Source: Raja brachyura
Lineage: Eukaryota
Length of the DNA: 64,000 nucleotides
Assembly: GCA_963514005.1 (NCBI GenBank)
Contig: OY740798.1
Location: forward strand, 22,072,001 to 22,136,000
Reading direction: 5' to 3'
The notes beneath the pieces are model-generated. The model saw only the letters and a program-made list of their open reading frames with translations. It did no database searches and had not been told where the DNA came from. Positions 25,346 through 38,850 of this stretch are shown one piece after another. The position numbers and the translations under genes are program-made. The first letter of the stretch is position 1, and every line of letters starts with the position of its first letter.

Positions 25346-28300
25346 CTGCCTTCAGAGGAGGGGTGGGGAGGGCGAATCCCGATGTAGGAGCTCAACCCGA
25401 AAGGCCAAGTATCCCTTGCCTCCACGGATGCCACCTTACTCAATGTTTTCATCCAGCTGTTTGTTTTTGATCACTTAAAAGCCAATTACAACAAGCATGC
25501 ATTCAAAGTCAGAATCCCGTAGTAGACCATCCTACAAATTCAATCATTACTCCTTTTACTGCTCATGCTGAAGACAGATATTTCCTTACATTTTCAAACA
25601 TTTTCTTGCCTATCGATGCCCATTTGTCTAAACAAGTATTCTTCCTCATGGATGAGAATCCCCTGCCATTTCCCCGTCACATTCAATGACTAAACCATTT
25701 GTAGTGCCACTAATTTGTTTTCAAGAATGTTTTAAGGAGAGCAAGATTAAACTCAGATTGTTTTTGAAAGATAAATCACTGCACCGATGTTTTATGGAAA
25801 TATACAAATGTAAAATATAATAATAAATGTAGATCCACATCCTGATTTTTGTATTAGCTTGACATGCGACTAAAATAAAATTAATGGAAATGCATTAGGC
25901 AATACGTTGTTGTATCATCAATTGTATTTGGTGTCAATGCAGTAAAATTTGGCACACTGATCCTCTTCCTTATCAAAGACAGACATTTTTGCATGATCAC
26001 GAATGAAAGCAGAAAATAATGGAACTACGTACCAGGTCAGCCTGCGCCTGAGGAGAGCTGGTTTATGAATATTTAAGTCATCAGGTTTGAATTGCTCTGT
26101 TGACACCAGGTCTAGTCCAAAGTATTGTCATAATTTTCATTAGATGCAAAGTGGACTCAATCAAGGAATGCTTAAAACCAACATCTATCCAACATGGTTC
26201 ATAGAACCACAATTTTTTATATATATATTATATTATATTATATATATACTGTAAATGGAAACATTTCCTCACTATGTGTGTCTATAACATTTTCTGAACT
26301 GAGATAAACAGGAGATGTTCCTGGAAGGCAAGGAATCCAAGGAATCTCCATAGCACTGGCCAGATCTAACTACCTAATTTAACAAAAGCAATAAAAGCTG
26401 GAAGTGCTCAGCGGATTAAGTAGCATCAGTGGAGAGAAAAAACAGAGCCAATGTTTCTGGCTATGTACCATTTACAAGAACTAGATACGGACAGGAACTA
26501 ACACTGGCAAAACATGGCTCACATCCAACAAAATGCCAACTGTCAATTACAGCAAAGACATTTAATCTTCCCAAATTCAACTAAAGATAAAATTGGTCTG
26601 GTTAGATAAAATAGCTCTGATTGCTTGCAACACATTTAACTTGACTGAAGGTCAATTCATTAGTAATGTCGACTATAACAGCTCAATCCAAGAAGTAAAA
26701 ATGTACCTTCCTTGTGGAAATGAGGCAAGGGGACAGTTCAAACCATTCAGATTTGTCACCCATCCTTTTTCCCCACCAAAAGTAATTTTTAGATTTGTGT
26801 CTCTGATATCTACCGACAGACAGCAAAGTCATCCTTTAAATACGCTGGTAAATGTCTATTCACGTCATTATGCCCAATTGCAAACTAATCAGTCAAGATC
26901 TGCCAGAGACTTGCAGTGCAAAAGCAAACTTCTGCAGAAGATGAAAATCCGAAGATGCTGGAAATGCAAGGCAGGCTAGACAAAGGGGATTGAAATTAAT
27001 TTCCTCTGTTTTTCTCTTCACAGATGCTGCCTGACCTGCTACTGTTTTCAAACATTTTCCGGTGCGTGTGTGTCCTGGGTGGAGCAAGAATTGTTCAGCC
27101 AAAGGCTTCTGCTACATCTAAATCCTCAACTTTATCTTCCGCATCTCCTTCCCTTCCTGTGAAATCCTATTAGAATTCCATTCTCCATACTTACTGTAGT
27201 AGCAGCACCTTCATAAACATTCACTTATCTGGAGGCAAACATCCATTTCCCTTTCATTCCAGATCACATATTGACAGAACTATCTTAATGCAGACCAGAA
27301 ATTAAAATAATCCTGGCCTAACATTTCCAGTAATAATTCACCTCTGTCCAACATGCCTACACCTAACCAGTATTAAAATCAAAAGCCTCAATTGTTTTAA
27401 TTCGTAAACAGATCAGGATAAATAACAACATAGTAAACATTGACATTCCTGCCATAGATTTAGTTGTAGGATATACGAATGGCCTAAGGTCCCTGTGTGA
27501 AATGCAAATTTGGTGTTTGAGATTGTTCGTAATCACTCTCCAATAGCAACTATTAAAACAAGATATGAAAAAGCTCCAAACTTCAACAATAACATACATT
27601 GCAAGATGGTCACTTTGATAAAGAACATGCTGGTGTATTGATTTAAATTCAAATATCTTTAGAAGATATGGGAAAGGTTTGAAGGAACAATAGCCATTGT
27701 TTGAATACAATTGTTGAAAAGAAGTTAATGCTTACCAGTTTTCATGAATTTCAGATCAAAACCCAAGGTCAAAACCCAAAGGCAAGTCACTATTTTGTTC
27801 AGGGATTTTATTTTTTCCAGTATTTTCGTGTATTTTCCAAGCATGTTAAAACAAATTAAACACGTATTCTTAGTTTTACTAAAGTAAATACAGAAAGTGA
27901 TCATTGATGTAATCTCTTCTTCAGGATTCCCAGCTCCCTGAGGACTCGTTTTTTACACCTCAAATCACTCAGTGAATAAAACTACTGTCAGGTGCAAACA
28001 TTTAAGGATTAAAAAGAAAATGATTTGCACAATGTTTCTGGCAAAATGTTTCAGTTTACAGGTTGGTTCATATCAAAGTCCTGCATTTTCAACTTGACAT
28101 ATACTTTTTGAAAGATTGACATCTCAAGTTTAAGAAAAGGAAATGATTAAAGAAATGACAGACTTATTTGCAGTAAAAGGGTGTGCGGGATATTGGGTAC
28201 TTTGCTCCCTGGCTGCATTCTCCTACTTGAATGATGCTTCAAGGTGACAGAAAGGATGACTTGTATTGTGCTGAAGATAAGACACAGAATGCTGGGACAG

Positions 28301-28349
28301 GTGATGTTCCAGGTTGAGACCCTTCTTCAGACTGTTCTTCCCTACACAC

Positions 28350-28670
28350 TTAGTTTAGTATAGAAATACAGCATGGAAACAGGCCCTTCGGCCCACTGTG
28401 TCCATGTCGACCAGTAATACCCGCATATTGACCCTCTCCTACACACATTAGGGCCAATTTTCACATATACCAAGCCTACTTACCTACGTACCTGTATGTC
28501 TTTGGAGTGTGGGAGGAAACTGAAGATCTCGGGGAAAACCCACGCAGGTCACGGGGAGAACGAACAATCTCCATACAGACAGCACCCGCAGTCAGGATTG
28601 AACCCGAGTCTCCGGCGCTGCAAGCGCTGCAAGGCAGCAACCCTACCGCTGGCCCACCGCACCGCCCCTT
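28350..28670 (-). mobile_element. tRNA-derived V-SINE (HE1-like)
   Basis: Reverse complement of the SINE at 32686-32997; (tttag)n tail. Confidence 0.9.
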
Positions 28671-29196
28671 GTATTGCGCTGGTTTGTTAAGCTATACTTT
28701 GTTTACATAGGAAACATTCCATTTTGGAGGCAATTCTGATGAAGTTCAGAAGCTGTTCAGTAAATTTTGATTCCCAGTAGAAAGGGTTTTGATTGTGTGG
28801 TGCTGAACCTCGATTCATTGGAATTTAAAAATATGGCAGGTGGTCTTTTTCCAATAGATATGATTCTGAGAGGAATTGGCAAGTTTCATACTGAAAAAAT
28901 GTTTCCTTCTTGTGGTACGACTTGCAAAAGTGAAGCAATTAAAATTAAAGGTGCTCAAACGATCAGAATTGAAGTAATGCAAAGGCCTGTAGAACTGGAG
29001 GACATTACAGAGATAGGCATAGAAGGTTTTGAAACAAAGTCAGGAATTTAAAAATAAGTTGAGCGTTTATTCAGGGCCAAATCAGGAAGTAGAGAAGTAG
29101 CAGAGGAACAGGAACTAGAGTGAAGTAGAGCATGAGCAGTAGTATTCTCTATTACCTTAAATTTATGCTGGAGTAACTCTGCAGGTCAGGATATGC

Positions 29197-30250
29197 ATGG
29201 AAGAAGATTGGTATGAGATTAAAAAAAAAGCAAACTGACAGATGTAAAACAAGCAAACTAATCCTTCCAAACCATTAAATGAAATTACTTTCAGGGCTTT
29301 TATCAAGACAACAATGGAGCTCCACCACATCACAGAAATAATGTTTTGCAGCCAAATTATTAAAGTAAATTACATAATTCACTTACGTAAAATAGAATTA
29401 TGCAAACATCTAGGAGGGAGAAATACTGAAGTTTTTATTGTTTCTTATGTTATATTCTCCGTCATTCTTCAATCAAAGACTTCAAACTCAAATGCTGCAA
29501 AATCTCATGGTTCTCTTTGTTCTTCAAAATGAAACATAGTGATAGCGTGGATGATTTGAGTGTGGTCAAAAATCAGTCCAGAAGCTACAACAGTGACTGA
29601 CAGTAATTGACATCCGCACATCAACTCAAAGTCTGTTCTTTATAATTCATAGGAGACAGCTGCAATAACACTGTGTAGCTGTCCATGGTACCAGAATATC
29701 TCTGCACCGCTCTGCGACCTGACCCACTGAGCTAATCATTTCTCTTAATATCTTGGTTGCTACAGACAGGCATGATCAGTTATATTGTGCAAGTCAGGCA
29801 CCATATTTGACATACTGTCACAAGCTCAATGTCCAACTATTCATAATGTACTAATGACCAGGAGTGCTTGGTCTAGCTATCTCTTCATCAGTTTTTCTCC
29901 ATGTGCCAGTGGATATTGGCACAGGTAACTACAGCATGAAGCACCGTACCAAAGAAAGGTCACTGGAGCTTGTTAAAAAGCAAGCTGCTCCCCCCTAATG
30001 ATGCTCTGACTACCAGATGTAAGAATATAATGTATGGAAGAAGATTGTACACAAAAACAAAAAGCAAGCTGACAGGTGTAAAAACAGGCAAACTAATACT
30101 TCCAAACCATAGAATAAAATGAATCACTTGGATTTTCTCAAGGCCGCGATGGAGTTCCACATCACAGAAAAAAAGGTCTTGCAGCCAAATTATTAAAGTG
30201 AGTTACATAAATTATTTTGAATTATGCAAATATTTACAAGGCAGAAATAA
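29197..30250 (+). repeat. Diverged local direct duplication (~220 bp): 29197-29425 and 30034-30250
   Basis: Shared atggaagaagattg, gcaaactaat.cttccaaaccat, ttgcagccaaattattaaagt, gaattatgcaaa. Confidence 0.9.
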
Positions 30251-30920
30251 ATCAGTCACCCTGCTTTGATAAGTTTGCCAAAATTCTATGATAATTCACA
30301 AAGTAAATTAAACACTTTCACCCCATCTTTCTTTAACTTCCATTTACCCTAGGATTTCTTCAAAAAGTCAGACTGCGTTCTGTTCCACATGCTAGTAGGC
30401 AGTTTGTTTCCCCAAATGTAATAAATTCCAGGTATATCTGCTACGACCACGCAATTCATTATTTTTAAAAAAATCATACCGACTCCTGCAGCTCAGCTGA
30501 TTGCATGCAGAGTTCAATGCAACTGTGACTGAACCTAAGCAAGTAAGCAGTGGTACTCTATGTCTTCAATGCTGCCCAACCTTCAATAAGGTGGCATGTT
30601 ATTGCATTAATATCTTTAGATATAACTACATGAAGTTAATGTTTTTTTTATTTCTAAGATACAATGGTCCTGTTAATTAAACTTATTTATTCACCTTTAA
30701 GTTTAAAAGGTTGGTCCATAAAGCTTAAGATAAATGGCACAATGAGGAAAATGTATCATTTGCAACTTTGGTAAAAGATGGCAGCAACAGCATCTGCTAA
30801 ATTCTTCTGCTGTACCTTTGTATTGTTTTGACAGGTTGGAGAATGTGTGCTGAAATGTATATTGTACCTTCTTAATCAAAGAAATCTAGGAGAAAGGGAA
30901 ATGCAGAAGAAATGACAAGG

Positions 30921-31760
30921 AAACATAGAAACATAGAAAATAGGTGCAGGAGTAGGCCATTCGGCCCTTCAAGCCTACACCGCCATTCAATATGATCATG
31001 GCTGATCATCCAACTCAGTATCCTGTACCTGCCTTCTCTCCATACTTTCTGATCTTTTTAGCCACAAGGGCCACATCTAACTCCCTCTTAAATATAGCCA
31101 ATGAACTGGCCTCAACTACCTTCTGTGGCAGAGAATTCCACAGATTCACCACTCTATGGTTTGGAAGTATTAGTTTGCCTGTTTTTACATCTGTCAGCTT
31201 GCTTTTTGTTTTTGTGTACAATCTTCTTCCACACTTCACCAAATGTTTTTTCTCATCTCGGTCCTAAAAGACTTCCCCCTTATCCTTAAACTGTGACCCC
31301 TTGTTCTGGACTTCCCCAATATCGGGAACAATCTTCCTGCATCTAGCCTGTCCAACCCCTTAAGAATTTTGTAAGTTTCTATAAGATCCCCCTCAATCTT
31401 CTAAATTCTAGCAAGTACAAGCCGAGTCTATCCAGTCTTTCTTCATATGAAAGTCCTGCCATCCCAGGAATCAGTCTGGTGAACCTTCTCTGTACTCCCT
31501 CTATGGCAAGGATGTCTTTCCTCAGATTAGGAGACCGAAACTGTACACAATACTCCAGGTGTGGTCTCACCAAGGCCCTGTACAACTGCAGTCGAACCTC
31601 CCTGCTCCTATACTCAAATCCTTTTGCTATGAATGCTAACATACCATTCGCTTTCTTCACTGCCTGCTGCACCTGCATGCCTATTTTCAATGACTGATGG
31701 ACCATGCCACCCAGGTATCGTTGCATCTCCCCTTTTCCTAATCGGCTACCAGACAGATAA
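30921..31760 (-). mobile_element. Young CR1 LINE 3' portion containing a templated insertion
   Basis: [45 protein letters not shown]; (catagaaa)n tail. Confidence 0.95.
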
Positions 31761-32685
31761 TAAGGAGTTAATGAATTAAATATTAAATTAGGTTCCAAAG
31801 AGATATAAAGAGAGGAAAATAAAGATTGAATGAAGATAAAGAAAAATATGCCAAATGAAGTTTTAAAAACTGTAATAAAGCAATTCTAATTAACTGTTGA
31901 GATTACACGATTTCCGGCAGATGATTAACAAAATTTAACAATCATTATTTTGTTGAAGGAGCACTTAATCTGCACTGAAGAAAACTATATTCAGTGCCTA
32001 TGCATACTTTACCTTACCCAATTTTCCAATTTTTCCTTCATCTATTTATCCAATTCCCAATGGAAAGCTATTATTGACGTCATATCCACCACCCTACTAA
32101 GCCGTGAATCCTTAAAAGTTTTGTATCTTCTGCGGCTTCTGTCAATCACCTTAAATCTGTGCACACAGTTCTGTTTATTTCCTTAATCTATTGGTTTCAA
32201 TCATCTTGATAAAATCTCCCCTTGGTCCTGACTGTTCTAAGGAGGACTACCATAGTTTCTCCAGGTAATCCACTTAACTCTTATTTCTTGTCCATCTCAT
32301 CTGTATGCTCTCTAAAGCTATCATATTTATTCTATAGTGGTGCTGAGAAACGCACAGAGTACTTCAGCTGGAGGCAAGCAAGTGCTTGTATAGCAAAACA
32401 GAAAATGCTGGAGGAACTCAGCACGTCTGGTATCGTCGGTGGAGGGAATGGACAGACACAAATTTTTGTGCTCTATGCCTCAATTTATAAAGCTTGAAAT
32501 TTCATATGCTTCAGTAACTCCTTTGTTAGCCTGCCATGAGAAATATCATATATTTCCAGGTCTTACACTGTCTGGAAAATGACCAGTGTTGTCTTTCCTC
32601 ATTCTTCTTACAAAAATATGCACTTTAAAGTGTTAGGCTTATCTTTGTGTTGTGAATTTAATTTAACTAGCGCCAGAGACCCAGA

Positions 32686-33271
32686 GGGTGGCACAGTGGC
32701 GCAGCAGCAGAGTTGCTGCCTTACATTGCCAGAAACCCGGGTTTGATCCCGACTACGGTTGCTGTCTGTACAGAGTTTGTACATTCTCCCTGTGACCCCA
32801 AGGGTTTTCTCCAGATTCTCCATTTTCCTCCCAGAATCCAAAGACGTACATGTTTGTAGGTTTATTGGCTTCAGTAAAATTGTAATATTGTCCATAATAT
32901 GTAGGATAGTGTTAGTGCACGGGCTGATCGCTGGTCTGCGCTGACTCAGCGGGCCAAGGGGCCTGAATCTGCGCTGTATTTCTAGTCTAAACTCTAAAGA
33001 CCCAGGTTCAATCCTTCCTTTGGGTACTGTCTGTGTTAAATATGCACATTCTCCCTGTGACCAAATGTGTTTCCTCCGGGTGCTCCAGTTTACTCGCACA
33101 TCACAAAGACAGGTAGGATTGTAGGTTAATTGACCTCAGTAAATTGCCCTTAGTATGTAGGGAGTGGATGAGAAAGTTGGACAGCAAAGAACTAGTGAGA
33201 ACGGGTGATGGCGGGTCAGTGTGGACTCGGTGGGCATAAGAGCCTATTTCAATGCTGTACTCTAAACTAAA
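32686..33271 (+). mobile_element. Two tandem V-SINEs (HE1-like): 32686-32997 full, 32997-33271 5'-truncated
   Basis: A box tggcgcagc, B box ggtttgatccc/ggttcaatcc, CR1-like tail, (ctaaa)n. Confidence 0.9.
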
Positions 33272-33764
33272 TTTCATGGGAGGTTAGGTGTAAAGTACAA
33301 TTTTTTAGAAACTTTGAGCGAAGAGTTGAAAAGTATAAGGAAGTTTGTGAAATTCACAATTCATTTGTCTCTTCCTTGTGACAAGTTATTCACTAATGTG
33401 TCATTTCAATGCTTTAACATTTTTCAACAAATTCCAGTTCAACTATTTTTTTATTAATAGATTTTAAGCAAGACTTGTATTCCTTCTGCACAATTAGTTA
33501 TTTTTTATCTTTCTCTACCTAACTATCCCACCAACTTCCAAGAATAGTGGGCAAGTAATTGTGTTGCTATTGACAAATGTTTTTGATCAAGCCACTGTCC
33601 AGACTCTTGATAGAATATGTGCTGCAATTTGCATTGTTCGGGATTCCTCCATCTATTCGCGGGATAGACATGCCTTAGAAATACATTTTAGATGATCTTC
33701 CAGAATAAATTAACACCTAATACAAAATAGTTACAAATTTGTCTGGCCAACAGGAGAAATTAGA

Positions 33765-34890
33765 GAGTCGTAGAGCAATACAGCACTGAAATAGCCCTTC
33801 AGCTTCAATTTCCCCTTGTCAGCAAAGATGTCTCAATGTCCAATTTGCCTACATTTCGCTAATATCTCTATCAATCTTTCTTATTCTTGCATTTTAAACA
33901 TTGTAATTGTACCCAACCTAACAGCTTTCTTCGGTTGCTCTGACCATAAACGCACCACCCTCGGTGTAAATATGTTGCCCTTTAGGTCCTTTTTAAATCA
34001 TTCCACTCTCACCTTGAATCTATGCCCTCTAGTGTTAGACTCCCCAACCCTGGGCAAAAAGACTGTGATCATCCACTTTATTTATACCATTCATAATGTT
34101 ATACCGAAGGTCACCCCTCAGCCTCCTGATCCAGAAACAAAAAGCACCAACCTATCCAGCTTCTCCTTATAACTCAGGCCCTTCAGTCCCATTAACATTC
34201 TCGTCATTCTTTTCTCTACCCTTTCCAGCTTAGTAACATCTTTCCCACCATTGGACAACCTGAACCGCACACAATACTCTAAGTGTAGTTTGACCAATAA
34301 CCTGTACAATTGCAACAAAACAAACCAACTCCTGTTGTATTCAGTTTCCAGATCGATGATGGTAAGAATGCTGAATGCTATCCTCACCATCCCGTGCACC
34401 TGTGTCTCCACTTTCAGAGAGATAATATACCTGTACTCCTCGCTCTCTCTGTTCTACAACAAACCCCGGTGCCTTGACATTCACTGTGCAACTCTTGACC
34501 TGGTTTATCTTATCAAAATGCAACACCTTGCACTTGTCTAACTTAAATTCCATATGTCACTCCTTGTCCCACTTCCTCAGTTGATCTAGATCCTGTTATA
34601 ATCCTGGATAATCTTCTCCACTGTCCACTACACCATCAATTTTGGTGTCATCTATAAATTCACTAATCATGTTAAACATCGTCATCCAAATCGTTAATAT
34701 ACATGACAAACAACAGTGAACAGAGCAACCAATTCCAGTGGCATACCACTGTTCAATGGCCTCTGATTGGAATAAAAGCCCTCACTACCAATATCTGCCT
34801 CCTTTCACCGTCATTTTTTAGGCCTTGCTAAAGTACACATGGACAACTTCTACCACTTGCCCACGTCAATCTTCTTAAAAAAAAATCTCT
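33765..34890 (-). mobile_element. CR1 LINE, degenerate RT and 3' end
   Basis: MEFKLDKCKVLHF; LLQLYRLLVKLHLEYCVRF. Confidence 0.88.
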
Positions 34891-37744
34891 AATCAAATTT
34901 TAGAACAGTCTTTAATCTGTTCTCTGCATATCTTTGAAGAAATGTGTAATTTCTTCTTGTTGTCTTCGCTAACAATACTATATAAAGAAATATACAGTCA
35001 AACTGGAATAATGGCCATGTTGGGGATACATTTGAGCATTAATAACAGAGATGGTCTTAGATAATTGGAAACAACTATTGCCTGTCACCAATTGTGGTCC
35101 AAGTGTCTGATGCACGTATTGTCACGAGTTTAATCATTTGACAGCTGCCTGATGATTTGCAATGCATAGACCTGGAATGCAAGCAATCTCAAGCAAAAAG
35201 TATTACTCGACAGAAACCTTAGATATAGCAACATCAGAAATAAATAAAAGTTTGATTCAGTAAAGCCATCTGGGTCAGTACTGATAAGTTGTGAAATAGT
35301 GGACCATTAGCCACCAGCCAAGCCTCTGGATAATGGCTGCTTTATTGTCTCATCTGGATTCCTAAAGTTAAATCTACATATGTCATAGGTACAGAAAGAG
35401 ACTTCAGATGAAGTTTGCAATTATATCAACTCTTAATACATAATGGCTATTATTTTGAAAAGCAAGATGCCAAGCTGTTACAACAGATAGTGTACAGCTA
35501 CCTGCAGATGTGCAGCCGAGCAGCGTTCATTTTAAATTAGCCTTAAGTGTGTGATTGAAAAATTAATAAATGTTGTGATATCTCTCCCTTTAATATACAA
35601 AAATGCTCTGGTGTGCAATATTGTGAGTAGCACACTGCCCTGCCTCCAAAGCAACCTGATAATCTTGAAAGAGTGATGTGTTTATATTGCTATCAAGCTG
35701 ACACCATCTGGCATTACACTGGCAAAACGTTTTCCACCTAGTTTCACAGCAAGAAGACCACTAGTATTTGATTAGGTTTAGGGTAAAACTGCCATAATTA
35801 AGCTTCTGTCTAATAACACACTGAGATTAATAAAATCCACAGGAATAACAAAACTGCTCTTCTTGTCAATAAAACCACCTACTATTTGTTGCAGTGTTTT
35901 TAAAAGGACATTCCAATTAAAGTGTTACTGCACTTAAAATGTCAGAACCACATATTGTTGCTCAAAAATGGAATTTGCTCGTTCAGTAGACTTCTAATTC
36001 ATGTTGCTGCTGACTTCACGTCATCATACCATGAAGCATTGAATTCTAAATCCTATTTGCTCATATCATTAAAAAATATCATGTTGTTTCTCATTCTTTG
36101 GCCAACCAGTTCAGATCTGAAAAGTAAGAAACGGTATAAGCTGGAAGTCTGAAATAAAAAATAGAAAATGCTGGAAATATAGTAAGTCAAGCTGCATTTG
36201 TGGAAATGAAAGCAGAGCTAACATTTCAGATCATGGACCCTCTAATGAAGCTGTCTGATCTGTTGAATATTTCCAATATTTTATATTTTAATTTCAGATT
36301 TCCAGCATCTGTTTCCAACATTTTCTGTTTTTGAGATTTGTGTCAAGGAAACCTTTTACTTTCGGTTTTCCTTCTCTACCTCACTCTTTTTGGTATGAAA
36401 TGCTCCTTCTTCAATGTGTATTCAAGACATGGTATTTTCTGAACAATCAAACACTGGAACTACATTCATATTTATTGTATGCTCAAAAGGAAGAAGTAAA
36501 TGTACACATTCTAGTATTTGGTCAGGCACTAAGTTCAAAGTAAAATTTATATTTTCTGCTGAATATAAGAAATTGTCCAATAAAAGTTGGGTTGCAAACT
36601 TGCAGTGCTGGTGCCGAAGGTTGACTTCACTTTCCTGCTGACAACAGCACTATAACAGATTCAGAATAGTAACTTATTCGGCAGTTGTATGTGCTCAGCA
36701 TAAAATTACATCTTTCTCCTTTGAATACCTTGCCCGCAAGCATATTGTGCCTTATTGAATTTTACAGGATTCTACAAATGATATCTTACCTCAAAGTGTA
36801 TTCGAGATAATGCTAACCATGGAGTGTGGATCCATGTGCTGTCGCCTATAAAGGTTTAATACTGGGACACAAGGATTACCATCCAGTGATTTGCTGTAAA
36901 TTATGGCGAGGATATTTTCAAAGAGGATGGGCTACATCCATTAGATTCCCGGATGTCTATAAAGTTAATCCAACTTAAGGGTAGTTAGTTATGAAGCTCA
37001 GTTAGGATTTTCAGTTTGAAACAATTATTCTTTTAATTTGTCTATACTGTTTCAAACTGAAAATTGTTTAAGCATCAAAACCTCCCTTCTTTTAAGCCAC
37101 ACCTATCTCCATGTTGGCAACATCACAATTATGTGATGCAATTATGTGATGTTATGTTAGTCATGCAAGAAAATTCAGAGAATGGCCGTCATATTAAATA
37201 AGTGAGATTTGCACTGAACAAGAGACATATTGCACTGAGAAGGGAAATAAAGTGAATTTAGTGCATGACCAAATAAAGTGAGATTGGTAATTTGCAGGCA
37301 CACAATGGTCAGTTTAGAATAATATTATTTGAAGAAAAGGAAAAGATATACATGCACATTAATTTACTTAATCCTCTTAATCTACATGACTGCTGCACAT
37401 TCCATTCTAATCATCCAGATATGTCAAAAAACAGAGTGAATCAACGGTGACATTATGTGTTATAAAGACATCATTGAACAGCAAAACCAGTGTTGCATGC
37501 ATTAAAATACATATTACGTTGGCTCCTGTGGTTCTCTTATTGAATGGCACTTTCAACTTATTGTTTCTTTTCCATTATTAACTGAAACTGAATAAACCCA
37601 TGCTTAAGTTCAGTCATTAAGCAGGATATATTCAACTATTGTGTCATTTTCATTAGAAATATTAAAGCAACTTCCCAGTAGTTCATGCAGAAGTGGAAAA
37701 TTCTATTGAGCATATTTTTCCCGGGATGACATTTATAGCATCAT

Positions 37745-38850
37745 AGAATGGTTACGCAACACAACGAGGCCATTTGGACTATCATCACTACACTGGCATT
37801 TTTCCAGAACAACGCACCAATTGCATCTACTGTATCTATCTCTGTGACATTTGTTTCCACCACATTCCTATCCAATACTCTCCTGACAGCCACAATGAAA
37901 ACTGCCTTCACCACATCTACAGCAGTGAATTCCAGATTCTGCCCACATCTCAAAATATATATTTTTGAGATGGTCTCCATATAATGGTCTCCATATGACC
38001 CTATCAATTCTCCTCCCTGTTATTTTACTCCTGAGATCTTTAGTCCTCTACCTCTCCAACAATAGAGTTCCCTCTATTTACTGCTCGGACCATTATTTTA
38101 CATACTTATGACAAATCTCCCCTCAGTCTTCACTTCTTCACACAGTGGATGCATCAGATGCTGGAACAAGAGGCAGCAGATGCTGGAATCTTGAGCGAAA
38201 ATCAAACTGCTGCTCAGGTGGAATCCATGGAGGAAAATGGACAGATGATGTTTCAGGTCAGGAACTTTCTTCAAGACTTCAAAGAAAATGGTCCCAGTAG
38301 CACCAATCTATCTTGTGGCCTTTTTCAAATACCTTCACATTCTTCCTATAAGGTGACAATTAAAACTGAGCACTATACTCCAGTTGAAGTTGGACCAGCC
38401 TACTATAAATATTTAGCATTACTTCCTGCTTAAATATGCTATTCCTCTCTTGATCAAATCCAAAAATTGTCTTATTAAGCTTTTTCTGGTTCTGCCCTGC
38501 CACTTTCAAAAGGTTGTCCATACATCCCCTGGTCTCTCTGCTCCTGAATGCTATTTAGAACAGTACGTGTTATTCTATATTGCTTTTCCTCATTCTTCAT
38601 ACCATTATGCATCACTTCATACATTGGCGGCACAGTGGTGCAGCAACGGGTGCTGCTGTCATTGAGTCCAGCAATGTGGGCTAGATCCTGACCTTGCATG
38701 ATGTCAGTGTGGAAATTAAAAGTTTCCCCAGTAATTATGCATGTTTTGCCTGTATGAACCAACCAGAAAAGCACCACTAGTGTTAGTTGGTAAAATAATC
38801 AGGATGGAGGCACTGATTCAATGGGCCAAACAACTTCCTTCTATGTTGTA
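37745..38850. mobile_element. Old CR1 fragments (-), Penelope end (~38150-38280) and degenerate SINE (+, ~38625-38850)
   Basis: tcatagaatggttac..gaggccatttgg tail; ttggcggcacagtggtgcagc SINE head. Confidence 0.6.

Noticed and set aside
32686-32760. tRNA gene
   Set aside because: A/B boxes belong to a tRNA-derived SINE head continuing into a V-domain-like core and LINE tail.
36790-36845. 56-nt AG..GTAAG-bounded minus-strand pseudo-exon
   Set aside because: Weak polypyrimidine tract, stop codon in the frame continuing exon 2, no BRSK2 similarity; such sites arise by chance.
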